Part shown: positions 1 through 12,077 of the stretch, piece by piece
Numbering within the stretch: position 1 is the stretch's first letter
Layout: each line of letters begins with the position of its first letter
Assembly (NCBI RefSeq): GCF_004010195.1
Contig: NC_057755.1
Location: 8,807,685 to 8,871,684, forward strand
Source: Chiloscyllium plagiosum
Lineage: Eukaryota
Length of the DNA: 64,000 nucleotides
Direction of reading: 5' to 3'
Made by a program: the position numbers and the translations under genes
The notes under the pieces: generated by a model
The model's input: the letters and a program-made list of their open reading frames with translations, nothing else
The model's database searches: none
Told to the model about the DNA's origin: nothing

Positions 1-590
1 TTTCATAACAGCTTATACAAAACAAAATGCAAGGCACACCCAAAGAATGAGGTTCAGGAATGTTGAAATTGCAGCAGTTTCGATGATGGAAAAGACCTTT
101 GAATATTACATATTCTCATCCAAATTGCAATAAATCCCAGCAAAATCAAATTTCCGAATGATAGCAGTTTGGAAGATAATAAGTTTAATCTTTGCATTCC
201 GTGGTAGCCAGACATTGAACATATTCACATGAGGTGGCCACTGACCTTTTAGCACTAGAACGTAAACTTATTGACGACAAAAAACAACAAAGATTTAAAT
301 GCAATAGAATCTGAAAAAAATCTTTATATGGAACAGAAAAGCAGCCTCAATATTTTGAACAGCAATACCCTTGAAAAATACCCAATCTCAGTGAAATATT
401 ATTCGAAATACATTTTTTTAACAGAAGTGGTTATTTCAAATTTTCATGTTCTAGAGGCTTCTTTCCAATTCTGAGGACATTGACTTCTTTTCGGTTGATG
501 CAGACAGGGAAATGCCACAAGTTCTTTAAAAATGGAGATCATGTTCTAATGCTGGAACTATATCTGCAAATTGAGGTCAGATGTGTATCT

Positions 591-1473
591 TTGTTTGCAC
601 AGTTTAATAATTCTAGAAAATGGAAATTTTACTCCATTGATTAACTCGTCTGAATTTAATTTGTGTTAGAGTGTATATGCAAGTGCCGGTGCACAAATTC
701 GCATGAATCCAATTTCTTGAAGAACAAATATTGGATTATTGAACGTATTGTCTTGAAAATTATAGATTATCACTTGCCAGTTGGAAGAGTGTACGATATA
801 TGTCACCCACAACAGTTTAAAGTTAGCAGACAATGCAAAGACCAAGATGGTTTATTATCTCCGGATTACCACCTCTGGACAAGTATTATTCTGTCCATTT
901 CCGTGAATCTAGAGGCGACAGTGGATGCGGATAGCTGTTCGAAAATTCCTGACAGTCAGGGCATTGAATACCAAATCAATATAGCTGGAATCAATTGTGC
1001 AATTACGCTGTCAAGCCATTCATGCACATTCCAGAATAATGATGTTTCATAGTCTGATATTATGATGCAAAACCACAGTACACTGTCAAAACAGTTGAAT
1101 ACAAAATGCCAAGTAATTGACCGCAAACACCAGGCCACACACACAGTTACCATCACCACAAATTCAATAGTCATGTTGCGATATCTTGCTCTTCGCTTTT
1201 GGCAAAAAATTGCTGCAAATCAAGCAAACCTGAAAGCAACTGTGGACCAAACTGAACACTCCATGACGGCAAGGAATATGACAACTTTCAAGGCACACAC
1301 AGGAGCGATGAGTAAGAAATTAATAGGGAAATAAAGATTGCTAATTCGGTGCAGTAAGACATTAATGATGGCAAGAAATAGATCTGCTGCAGACATTACC
1401 AACGAATAGCGAGTGGCGTATTTGGACAGCCCGCAATTGCCTCGATACAGGATCACAATTCCTATGACATTAA
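591..1473 (-). pseudogene. GPR139-like GPCR copy A, exon 2 (pseudogene)
   Basis: Homologous to copies B and C (RGNCGLSK, SAADLF, APVCALKVV, LLWVTYIVHS, QEIGFM). R3.50 is TGA at 1222-1220, there is a frameshift near 975 and a 10-bp deletion near 700, and the original stop reads CAA. Confidence 0.88.
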
Positions 1474-2199
1474 CTGTAAAAAAAATGAAGAAATGGACAC
1501 GTCTTCACGATTAAAGTCACAGTAAAAACATCATATGTTTGCTACAACATTTGTCTGCTAAATCAGACCAAGTGCCTCAGATTAATATATTAACTCAATT
1601 ACACGATGCATAGTGAAAATTTACAATGGAATTATGGACTCAAGCATACTAGAATGAAATAAAAGCATGTTGGGAAGCAATAGACAAGAAAAAAACAATA
1701 AATAAATCAGATTATAACCGTAAATAATGAAATGTTTTCATGCAAGCTTGTCATGCTGAGAGATTCATTGAAATGCTTAAAAGATCTCTCATACTTACAA
1801 AACTGGTAATGGAAGAAAACAACCAAACCAAAATCGTAATAAGGTCAAGGCGTTTCACATCAATGGACATGATCAAGAACTGAGTAAATGAACAATCACA
1901 ACAATAAATATTTTATGGAGTGCTATGATTGGAATTGAGGGCGAAGTTGTTGGACTGGCCTGTCATTGAACTGGATCCTATGCTTCCTCATGCATGTTAG
2001 TCACAAATCTGTAGGGGCTGTTAATGATGGAAGGTAGCATTCAGAAATGGACAGGCAGAGGAGATATGAGAATCATTTGTGAACTTGGTGAATGTGGTAC
2101 TTTATCAGAACAGTAACACAGTAATTGGAAGGTGTGATTACAACACGCTTGATTTACAACACATCCACAAAAATATCCATCACATCTACCAACAACAAC

Positions 2200-3013
2200 A
2201 CAAGGCATATGCTGTACCTTTAACAGAGAGGGAAAGGTGAACTGAACTGAGGGATTACAAGCAACTGTGTTTATGACGAGATGGCAATCCAAGAGTACCC
2301 TGGAAATTTGAAATTACGTAATCTTTGGCTGTGAAATGAATACCTGAGATTTTGTTCATGTTTTGAGAGCAGTTTGAATTTAACCAATCAACTTTAATTA
2401 TGTGCCTGGATACTGAAGCCCAATTGAGTTTAAATTTGTTGTTTTGCCAATAGTGAACAATGAGACAATTCGATGTTTTTTTGGGTGGGGGATGTAAAAA
2501 TGAGGACATTTTGTAAATTGATCAGAGGGCTTCTGCCATAGAGAGAGAAACGTCTGGAGAGCTAATTGCTCATCTCACATCTTCCTCTCAAAAGAATTAG
2601 AAAACACTCTCTATCAGAGGTACTTTTACATGTGAAACACACTCACAGTAAAAAGAAAGATGACAGCCCAGAGAAATCAACAGCCGGAAGAGTGAAGACC
2701 ATGAAGAAGACAGAGAATGTGTCGTTTTGAAAATAAATCCATGTAATTTTACAAGTGTTTTATTGGAACAGCATACTGTCATATATTTGGAAACAGACAG
2801 TAAGCAGTTAAGAGAATGGAGAGCTTAGATTTGTGAATAGCTTTTTTTTTATAATGTTCACTGTTAGAATTAGAAAATAAATTGATATTATCTTATTTAA
2901 GTCGTGGAATTTGGGATTCTCTGTCACTCATATTTTAACAGATTATGAGGCAACACAAGCTTTTCTGTGTCATCGGTTTAATTAATAGAGGGGTTCAACT
3001 TCAGTGTCGTAAC
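2200..3013. mobile_element. Probable solo LTR
   Basis: Ends gtcgtaaca (TGT...ACA-type terminus). It interrupts sequence that is continuous in unit C (~59280). The left boundary is approximate. Confidence 0.45.
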
Positions 3014-3108
3014 ACATTCGATTTCTAAGGCAACTGCAAATTACTTTCGGCCATCTAACCATAGTCAGAAGGGGGATCTCACAGAATTTGAGTTTCTTGA
3101 TTGTAGCT

Positions 3109-3398
3109 GTTAACCTGCTCCATTCAGAGAGCCCTGACTGACACACATAAATATGAAAATAGCACTACCACAGTTAGGCGGTAGTATGAAAAAGAAAAAA
3201 ACAGAAAAGAAAAAAAAAATAAACCATCATAGGTTCTGTTCATTCTGAGAGCTGGCTTTAAAAAAACAATAGGAAGATCAGGGGTTCTGTTCACTCTGAC
3301 AGATGGCTGCACGGAAACTGGACAATTGCCATGCCCTATGCACATGCAAATAAAGGATGACTTGATGATGGGTTTCCGGCCTCTGCGGAATTATTTCA
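3109..3398 (+). mobile_element. Solo Gypsy-type LTR with a short Tx1-like 3' end inserted at ~3158-3220
   Basis: gttaacctg..gagccctgactgaca...ggttctgttcactctga...aataaaggatgacttg...ttatttca matches LTR pieces at 23474-23606 and 30600-31210. Confidence 0.6.
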
Positions 3399-3869
3399 AC
3401 TTTGTGTTGGCTTCTGCAAGTGAAGCCCCTACAGCGGCAATGCAAATATACAACTGAAGAAATGTCACATTTTCTAAAAAAAAAGTGAAGGAAGCAATTC
3501 CTGATATTTGCTTTGTTGAGGTAAAAGTTATTTTCAAGCTCTAGGTTTGGGAGCGAGGTTATGCTAAACCATACTGAGATTTTAAAGTCAGGAACAAATG
3601 CTACCGCATTCACTGAGTTTAAGTAATTTATTTTATTTCCTTGGGCAAGGAGTTGACCTGCAACTGAAATCTGAATCGTTTGAAATATCAGTAAGCTTGC
3701 ATCTATACACTTAGCTTCAATAATGAAGAGTAGAACATGGCAAATTCACTTTTCCTCTTGTCTATAGTGATTCATTTCTGTTTAAGAATACACACGACCA
3801 TGATCCAATTGCTGGTATTCATTAAACTGTTTGCTGATATGAAACATCTTACGTTTTATGTTGTTTTCA

Positions 3870-5120
3870 ATCACAGAGTCATGCAGCACAGAAACAGAGC
3901 TGTTGATCTAACTCAGCCATGCCAACCAGGTTTCCCAAACGAAGGTAGACCTATTTCCCTGCATATGGCCAGTTTTCTTCTAAACTTTTATATTCGTGTA
4001 CATGTCTAAATATTTTTTAAATTCATAACTGCACCTGCATCTACCACTTTCCGTGGCAGTTCATTCCACATATGAACCACCCGCTGTGTGAGAAGCCTGA
4101 ACCTCGGGTCTCTTTTAAATCTTTCTCATTTACCCTTTAAAGTTATGGTATCCTATTTTGTGCTCCCTCACCACACAACTTATAGAAAATAAGTTTTGTT
4201 ATTCACCATTCCCTTTCCCTCATGATTGTTTAAAACTCAATAATGTTGCCCCTCAGCCTCCAACGCTGCAGAGAATATAGCCACAGCCTATAAAATCTCA
4301 GTATGGTTTAGCATAACCTCGCTCCCAAACCTAGAGCTTGAAAATAACTTTTACCTCAACAAAGCAAATATCAGGAATTGCTTCCTTCACTTTTTTTTTA
4401 GAAAATGTGACATTTCTTCAGTTGTATATTTGCATTGCCGCTGTAGGGGCTTCACTTGCAGAAACCAACACAAAGTTGAAATAACTCCGCAGAGGCCGGA
4501 AACCCATCATCAAGTCATCCTTTACTGGCATGTACATAGGGCATGGCAATTGTCCAGCTTCCGTGCAGCCATCTGTCAGAGTGAACAGAACCCCTGATCT
4601 TCCTATTGTTTTTTTAAAGCCACCTCTCAGAATGAACAGAACCTATTCAAACTATGTGTATAAATTAGATCATTCAGTTCAATTCAAATCCTCCAGTCTC
4701 CAGTCAAATAATATCGATAGCAGGTGACCAGGACTGCAGAACATATTCCAAAACTGAACTCACCAACGTCCTGTACAATATGAACATGACATCGCAACAC
4801 CTATGTTCAATGCTCTGAGCTGTGAAGCATGCCAAATGCCTTATTTACAGGACTGTCTACTTATGATGCAACTTCCAAACAACTATATACCTGAATCGTG
4901 ATGTCTCTATGTTTGACAGCACTACCCAGGTCCCTTCCATTATCTACTGCCCTTGTTCATCTTAACAAAAATGCTACACCTTGCATTTAGTTAAATTCGG
5001 TTCTATATGCCACTCCTCAGCCAATTGACCGGATTGACCAAGATTCCTTTGTAAGCGGAAATAACCTTCATGTCTGCTTTACCAGCAATGTTGCTGCAAT
5101 CTGCAAACTTACTAACTATT
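3870..5120 (-). mobile_element. CR1/HER1-like LINE 3' fragment, interrupted by an inverted duplication at 4291-4646
   Basis: Reverse complement of the CR1 RT C-terminus/3'UTR seen at 7700-8620 and 25660-26370 (ctgcaaacttactaa, ctaccacttt..tggcagttcattcca). Confidence 0.7.
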
Positions 5121-5626
5121 CCTGAAAGCAATTTCGTCTCTCGGAGGATAGTGAATGTCAGGAATTCACTGCCCAGAATATTTTGAAGTCTAGATCACTG
5201 AAATGATTTGAAGCAGAGATTGATACATTTTTGAAATGTCAAGGAGTTGAGGCCTATGTCGAGCTAAGACAGAGGAAGTGTTGAGACTTGGGCAGATGAA
5301 TCATGATTCTATCGGACAGCCGTCAGGTTACTTCTGCTCCTGTTTCCTATGTTCCTTTATCACATCAGGAATTGGTAAACGTAATGGAACTGTGAGAATT
5401 CGGGATCGGGGAAAATTAACATATGGGAGGGGGAGCTTCAAAAAGAATCAGCAAAATGAACTACATCCAAGTTCGATATTTGAGCTGTTAAAAGAAATTT
5501 GGTTAAGAACAGCAGAGTGCAAAACTCCAAGAAGAAAATATTGAAGACTACGTTCGGAAATTAACCTTTGATGTAGCGAGGGGAAATAGACAAAAGTATG
5601 CAGAAACCAAACAACTGTTGAGTTTT

Positions 5627-5985
5627 GCATGGTGGCTTAGTGGTTAACACTGCTGCACCACACGCCATGGACACAGGTTCAATCCCAACCCTCGGGCGAC
5701 TGTCTGTGTGGAATTTGAATGTTCTCCCATGTCTGCATGGGTTTCTTCCCAGTGATTTGGATTCCTCCCTCAGTCCAAAGATATGCCAGTTAGTTGGTAT
5801 GGCCATGGTAAGTTGTCCCATCGGGTCTTGGGATTTGCAGGCCAGGTAGGCTAGCCATGGGAAATTCAAAGTGCAGGGAATAGGGTGGGGGGGGGCGTGC
5901 TGTGGGTCTTGGTTGGCTAAACTTAGGAGGAACGTGGGGGCTCAATGGACCGAATGACCTGCTTCCACGCCTTAGGCAGTGTATG
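5627..5985 (+). mobile_element. HE1-like tRNA-derived SINE
   Basis: A box tggcttagtgg, B box ggttcaatccc, body tgtgtggaatttgaatgttctcccatgtctgc and LINE-like tail. Confidence 0.75.
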
Positions 5986-8620
5986 ATATTATACATGAAT
6001 ACACGAAGCATTAGACATAAGATGGATGAGCTTGAGGCTCTTTTGAAAATTGGCAGATACGATATTGTGGGGATAACTGAGACGTGGCTTCAAGTGGACA
6101 GGGCCTGGGAAATGAATATTCAATGATACACGTGTTATCGTAAGGACAGACTGACGGGCAGAGGGGGTGGGGTGACCTTGTTAGTAAGGGATGATATTCA
6201 ATCCCTTGCCCGGGGGGACCTAGAGTCAGGAGATGTAGAGTCAGTGTGGATAGAGCTTCGAAATACCAAGGGTAAAAAGACCCTCTTGGGAGTCATCTAC
6301 AGGCCCCCAAACAGTAGTCTGGATGTCGGATGTAAGTTAAATCAGGAGCTGAAATTGGCCTGTCGCAAAGATGTCACTACAGTTGTTATGGGGGTTTTAA
6401 CATGCAGGAAGACTGGGAGAATCAGGATGGTATTGGGCCACAAGAAAGAGACTTTGTGGAGTGCCTCAGAGATGGATTCTTAGAGCAGCTGGTGCTGGAG
6501 CCGACAAGGGAGAAGGCAATTCTGGATCTGATATTGCGTAACGAACCAGAATTGGTCAGAGACCTCGAAGTGAAGGAGCCATTGGGAAATAGTGACCATA
6601 ATACAATAAGCTTCAATCTGCAATTTGAGAGGGAGAGGGTACAGTCGGAAGTGACAGTACTTCTGTTGAATAAAGGGAATTATGGAGCTATGAGGGAGGA
6701 GCTGGCCAAAGTTCAGTGGTGCAATACCTTAGCAGGGATGACCGTGGTGGAACAATGGCGGATATTTCTGTGTATAATGCAGAAGATGCAGGATCAGTTC
6801 ATTCCAAAAAGGAAGAAAGATCCCAGTTAGGACAAAAATTGGGCTCTTGAAGACAGAAACAGGGGAATATATTACTGGGAACAAAGAAATGGCAGAGGAA
6901 TTAAATGGGTACTTCAGATCTGTGTTCACTGGGGAAGACACAAGCAATCTCTCTGAGGTAACAGTGGCTGAAGGACCTGAACTTAAGGGAATTTATATTT
7001 GCCAGGATTTGGTGTTGGAGAGGCTGTTAGGTCTGAAGGTTGATAAGTCTCCGGGGCCTGATGGTCTGCATCCCAGGGTATTGAAGGAGGTGGCTCGGGA
7101 AATCGTGGATGTGTTGGTGATTATTTTCCAGAGTTCAATAGATTCGGGGTTGGTTCCTGAGAATTGGAGGGTGGCTAATGTTATCCCACTTTTTAAGAAA
7201 GGTGGGTGAGAGAAAGCAGGTAATTATAGACCAGTTAGTCTGACCTCAGTGGTGGGAAAGATGCTGGAGTCTATTATAAAGTATGAAATTACTGCACATC
7301 TGGATAGTAGTAACAGGATAGACAGAGTCAGCATGGATTTATGAAGGGGAAATCATGCTTGACTAATCTTCTTGAATTTTTTGAGAATGTAACTATGAAG
7401 TTGGACGAGGGAAATCCAGTAGATGTAGTGTACCTGGGCTTTCAGAAAGCTTTTGATAAAGTCCCACACAGGAGGTTAATCAGTAAAATTAGGGTGCATG
7501 GTATTGGGGGCAAAGTACTAGATTGAATTGAAAAATGGTTGGCTAATAGGAAACAAAGGGTAGTGATAAACGGCTCCATTTTGGAATGGCAGGCAGTGAC
7601 CAGTGGGGTACCGCAGGGATCCGTGCTGGGACCACAATTTTTACAATATATGTAAATGATATAGAAGATGGTATCAGCAATAACATTAGAAAATTTGCTG
7701 ATGATACAAAGCTGGGTGGCAGGGTGAAAAGTGATGAGGATGTTAGGAGATTACAGGGTGACCTGGACAAGTTAGGTGAGTGGGCAGATGCATGGTAGAT
7801 GTAGTTTAATATGGATAAATGTATGGTTATCCACTTTGGTAGCAAGAACAGGAAGGCAGACTACTACCTCAATGGAATCAATTTATGTAAGGGGGCAGTA
7901 CAGAGAGATCTGGGTGTTCTTGTACACCAGTCAATGAAGGCAAGCATGCAGGTACAGCAGGTAGTGAAGAAGGCTAATAGCATGCTGGCCTTCATAACAA
8001 GAGGAATTGAGTATAGAAGCAAAGAGGTGCTTCTGCAGCTGTACAGGGCCCTGGTGAGACCACACCTGGAGTACTGTGTGCAGTTCTGGTCTCCAAATTT
8101 GAGAAAAGACATTCTGGCTATTGAGGGAGTGCAGCGTAGGTTCACTAGGTCAATTCCTGGAATGGCAGGATTACCATACACTGAAAGACTGAAGCGACTG
8201 GGCTTGTATACCCTTGAGTTTCGAAGATCTGATTGAGACGTATAAGATTATGAAAGGATTGGACACTCTGGCAGTAGGAAACACATTTCCACTGATGGTT
8301 GAGTGCCGAACCAGAGGACACAGCTTAAAAATACGGGGTAGACCATTTAGGACAGAGCTCAGGAGAAACTTCTTCACCCAGAGAGTGATGGCTGTGTGGA
8401 ATGCTCTGCCACAGGGGGCAGTGGAGTCCCACTCTCTGGATTCATTTAAGAAGGAGTTGGATAGAGCTCTCAAAGATAGTGGAATCAAGGGTTATGGAGA
8501 TAAGGCAGGAACAGGATACTGATTAGGAATGATCAGCCATGATTATATTGAATGGCGGTGCAGGCTCGAAGGGCTGAATGGCCTACTCCTGCACATATTG
8601 TCTATTGTCTATGATTCCAT
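5985..8620 (+). mobile_element. CR1/HER1-like LINE ORF2 (APE endonuclease + RT), degenerate, with internal deletion
   Basis: GITETWL, GVIYRPPNS, LGNSDHN, KSPGPDGLHPRVLKE, KAFDKVPH, KFADDTKL, LVRPHLEYCVQFWSP, with frameshifts and stops. Confidence 0.92.
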
Positions 8621-9032
8621 GAACTGTTCTGTGGAAGGAAATTCAGGGAGTGTGAAAATGCTGAAATGGCAGGTCTGGCAAAAAACAGACTACATTCCAA
8701 CAGAATCCCGTTATTCTGCTGGTCCAGCTCGACAAGACAATGTGCTTTTTAAAAAACGACTATCTTAAATTTCACAAGCGAACTGAAACACTCTTCCAGA
8801 AGGAGAAGAAGAACACATTAAACTCAATGCCTTGAAAAACAATGATGGAATAAAAATCTGAACAAGTGCTGCAATACCATGTATGATCTGATTGACTCCT
8901 CTTTAAAAACAGTGCCAAATATTTAAAATCATCGATATGCTTTCCTAACCAACCTGTTCAGAAATGTCATTTCAAACATCTAGAGCAGATGGTAAATGAA
9001 CCTGGGACCCCATTGTACACAGATAATTTAAA

Positions 9033-9358
9033 TGGGCGGCACGGTGCCACAGTGGCTAGCACTGCTGCCTCACAGAACCAGTGACCCGAGTTCATTTCCC
9101 GCCTCAGGTGACTGACTGTGTGGAGTTTGCACACTCTCCCCGTGTCTGCGTGGGTTTCCTCCTGGTGCTCCGGTTTCTTCCCACAGTCCAAAAATGTGCA
9201 GGTTCGGTGAATTGGCCATGCTAAATTGCCCGTAGTGTTAGGTGAAGGTGTAAATGTAGGGGAATGGGTCTGGGTGGGTTGCGCTTCGGCGGGTCGGTGT
9301 GGATTTGTTGGGCCGAAGGGCCTGTTTCCACACTGTAAGTAATCCAATCTAATCTAAT
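9033..9358 (+). mobile_element. HE1-like SINE
   Basis: gggcggcacggtgccacagtgg head, body gtggagtttgcacactctccccgtgtctgcg and (aatct)n tail. Confidence 0.85.
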
Positions 9359-9884
9359 AAGGATTCATAACATCGATACAACAGAGTTTAATATTGCTCG
9401 AATCTACTGGGAAGCTAATGCAATCCGCCTGGTTGAAATTTTAGCAGTCAGATTGTAAGCGAACATATTACTTAATCACAGGCATCGTGCTGTGTAATTA
9501 TTTATTCAAGCTCACAACAGACTGACCCAGCAACAGCAGTCATTATATGGACAGAACGCGGTGTTGCTAATCTTATGATTCAGCAATGAACTTATTTTGC
9601 ATTGTTGCTCTTGTTAATGTACGACAATATTCTATATCTTGTGCTAAACATTACCCTTTAAAAGGAAACAAATACAAAAAAAAAGGACCACTCAATTACC
9701 AGGAATCAGGAAATATATATTTCACTGCTAACAATTACTGGAAAATTGCTGCAACCACCACAAAAAGCTAAACTTATCGTGAGCTACTTGCAACGTGAAA
9801 CCAACTGACATGCATAATAAGTGCTCAATCGTTTCATGCACTCATTAGTTTCATATACACGTTAGTATATATTTAGCACATTAC

Positions 9885-10450
9885 ACAAGAATTCGTGAGC
9901 AGTTTTTGGCCCCGTGTCTATGGAAGGATGTGTTGGACTTGAAAGGGGGCTTAGAGGAGTTTCAACGGAATGTACCTGGGGATGAAGAATTTGTCATATA
10001 AGGAGCAGTTGAGAACTCTGGATCTGTACTTGGTGACGATTAGGAATATGAAGGGGAATCTAATTCAAACTTACAGTACACTGAGGGACCTGGACAAAAT
10101 GGACATGGAGATGATGTTTCCACTAATAGAACAGATCAGAACATGGGGCAAATTCCGTCAATTGGGTGAAAGGATAATTCTTTCGAACTGGGATGAGGAG
10201 AAATTTCTTCAACGATAGGGTGGTGAATCTGTGGAACTCATTGTCATAGAAAGGCTGTGGCAACCACGTCACTGAGTGCATTTAGGAAAGAGATAGTTTC
10301 TTCTTGAATCAAGGAATCAATGGATACAGGGGGGGGAAACAGGACAGTGGGGCTAGGAATCATATCAGCCACAATTGAATGGAGCAAATTTACTGATCGA
10401 GATGACTTCATTCTGCAGCTATATTTTAAGATCTTCTGATCTTATGGACA
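9885..10450 (+). mobile_element. Old CR1-like LINE 3' fragment (paralog at ~37835-38385)
   Basis: Degenerate QFWAP..KD..LE..RF..M.PG..LSY coding remnant and gtgaatctgtggaactcattg. Confidence 0.65.
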
Positions 10451-10459
10451 CGTAGTAAT

Positions 10460-11440
10460 AAGATTTGATCCACAGAAGTGTCAGGCAATTACCATCTTCA
10501 ACAAAAGTGATTCTAAACAACACCCTTTGGTGTTCAATGACATTGTTACCACGGAATCTGCCACTCTCCATATCCTGGGAATTACCAATGACCCACACCT
10601 CAGCCCTATAATTATTGTCACCACAGGAGCAGCTCAGAGACTTGGAATCCTGTTTTACAAACTCACCTAATGACACTCCAAAGCCTGACCACCATCCACA
10701 ATTTTGGAGAAATCAGGAGTGTGAGGGAATATTCCCAACTGGCCTGGATCGATGCAGCTCTAACAACACTCAAGAAGCTCAACACCACCCAGGACCATGG
10801 AAAATTCTGAGGCAGAGTTACACAGTCTCGGAAACTTTACTTTTGTTTCTCTATCTACAGAAACTGCCAGATCTGCCGAGATTATCTCACATTTTCTTTG
10901 TTTATTGCAGTAGCATGCCTTTATTCCAGGGTATATCAGCCCCCTTGAATGCCACCACATCCACAATCCTTCAGTCTATTCCCCTCCTCCACTATCGCTC
11001 AGTAACAGCAGGGTGTAAGGCCTACAAGACATATTGCAGCAGCTCACCAAGATCCCTCAGACAGCTCCCTTTCACTCTCACAGCCGCTACTGTCTAGAAG
11101 CAGCAGATGGATTGGAATAACACCATTTGGAAGTTTCCTTCAAACCAATCACCTTCCTGGCTTGGAAACACATCACCATTCCTTCAGTGTTGCTGGCTCG
11201 GTTAAAAGACATTTGGACAGCTCCATGGAGTGGAAAGGTTCGGGAGATATGGGCCAAACACAGAGAAATGGGACTAGTTCAGTTTAGGAAACGTGGTCAG
11301 CATGGATGAGTTGGACTGAGGGGTGTGTTTCCATGCTCTATGACTATGTGGGTGCACGTACATCAAATGGTCTGCAATGGTTTGAGCAGGCATCTCTGAA
11401 GTGTAACTCGGGATAGGGAAAAAACGCTGATTCAACCTGC
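10460..11440 (+). mobile_element. Old LINE (CR1/L2-group) 3' fragment with small inserts (paralog ~38395-39435)
   Basis: Tail caagac..attgcagcagctcaccaag...aacaccatttg.aagtt...cttggaaacacatcacc recurs at 31400-31810(-), 56270-56690(-) and 59240-59640(+). Confidence 0.55.
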
Positions 11441-11829
11441 TCTGCATTGGAAGTAGATTCTCTGTAAAACATTTAGAAATAGATGTGCTTCCACAACCGG
11501 AAGTGAACATCAAAAAATGAAATGCTCGTGAAACCACGAGAAACGCATAGGTTGGGAATAACCAAAGACAGGAAAAGTTGATCAAATTTCAACAAAGCCT
11601 GAGGGAGTTCGGTTAAATAGGTTCAACACAGACAGAAAAACCAAAACAGCTACTTATCGTGTAAATCAGAATCAATAAGAGTAATTGCTGGAAATGGTCT
11701 GAGGACGAGTCTCCAGACCCGAAATTTTAACTCTGATTGCTCTTCGTAGATGCTGCTGGACCTGCTGAGATTTTCCAGCAATTTCTGTTTTATCTTTTTG
11801 CACAAACATAATTGTATTTACCGACTTAC

Positions 11830-11899
11830 AAATAATGCCAACAGCTGCAAGTATCGGGGGTTAAATGCGTGCTATCTGTGAGATTGCTGAGTATGCCAA
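11830..11899 (-). pseudogene. GPR139-like GPCR copy A, exon 1 (disabled)
   Basis: 70-nt homolog of 39822-39891 with GTAAGT donor at 11829-11824. ATG changed to TTG and a TAC codon changed to TAA (LAYSAISQIARI*PPILAAVGII). Confidence 0.82.
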
Positions 11900-12077
11900 T
11901 CTGTCCCAGTCAGGTCTGTCTGTTCCAGTGGAGACAATGATTCTGCATGTCGAAACATAATAATATTGTCAACGCAGCCTGATTTTATTTGGAAGCTAAA
12001 TGTCCATTCAGACAATAAATCTGGCTGAATCATCGTTTATATTAGTTGCACTAATCTGAACAAGCAACAACCTAACC

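Noticed and set aside
663..1334. Plus-strand ORFs recurring in all three units (also 33683-34177, 57700-58327)
   Set aside because: Antisense shadows of the GPCR exon with inconsistent starts and stops.
9033..9110. tRNA genes at A/B-box sequences (also 5627, 35846, 62790)
   Set aside because: These are SINE heads continuing into the SINE body and LINE-like tail; there is no proper cloverleaf.
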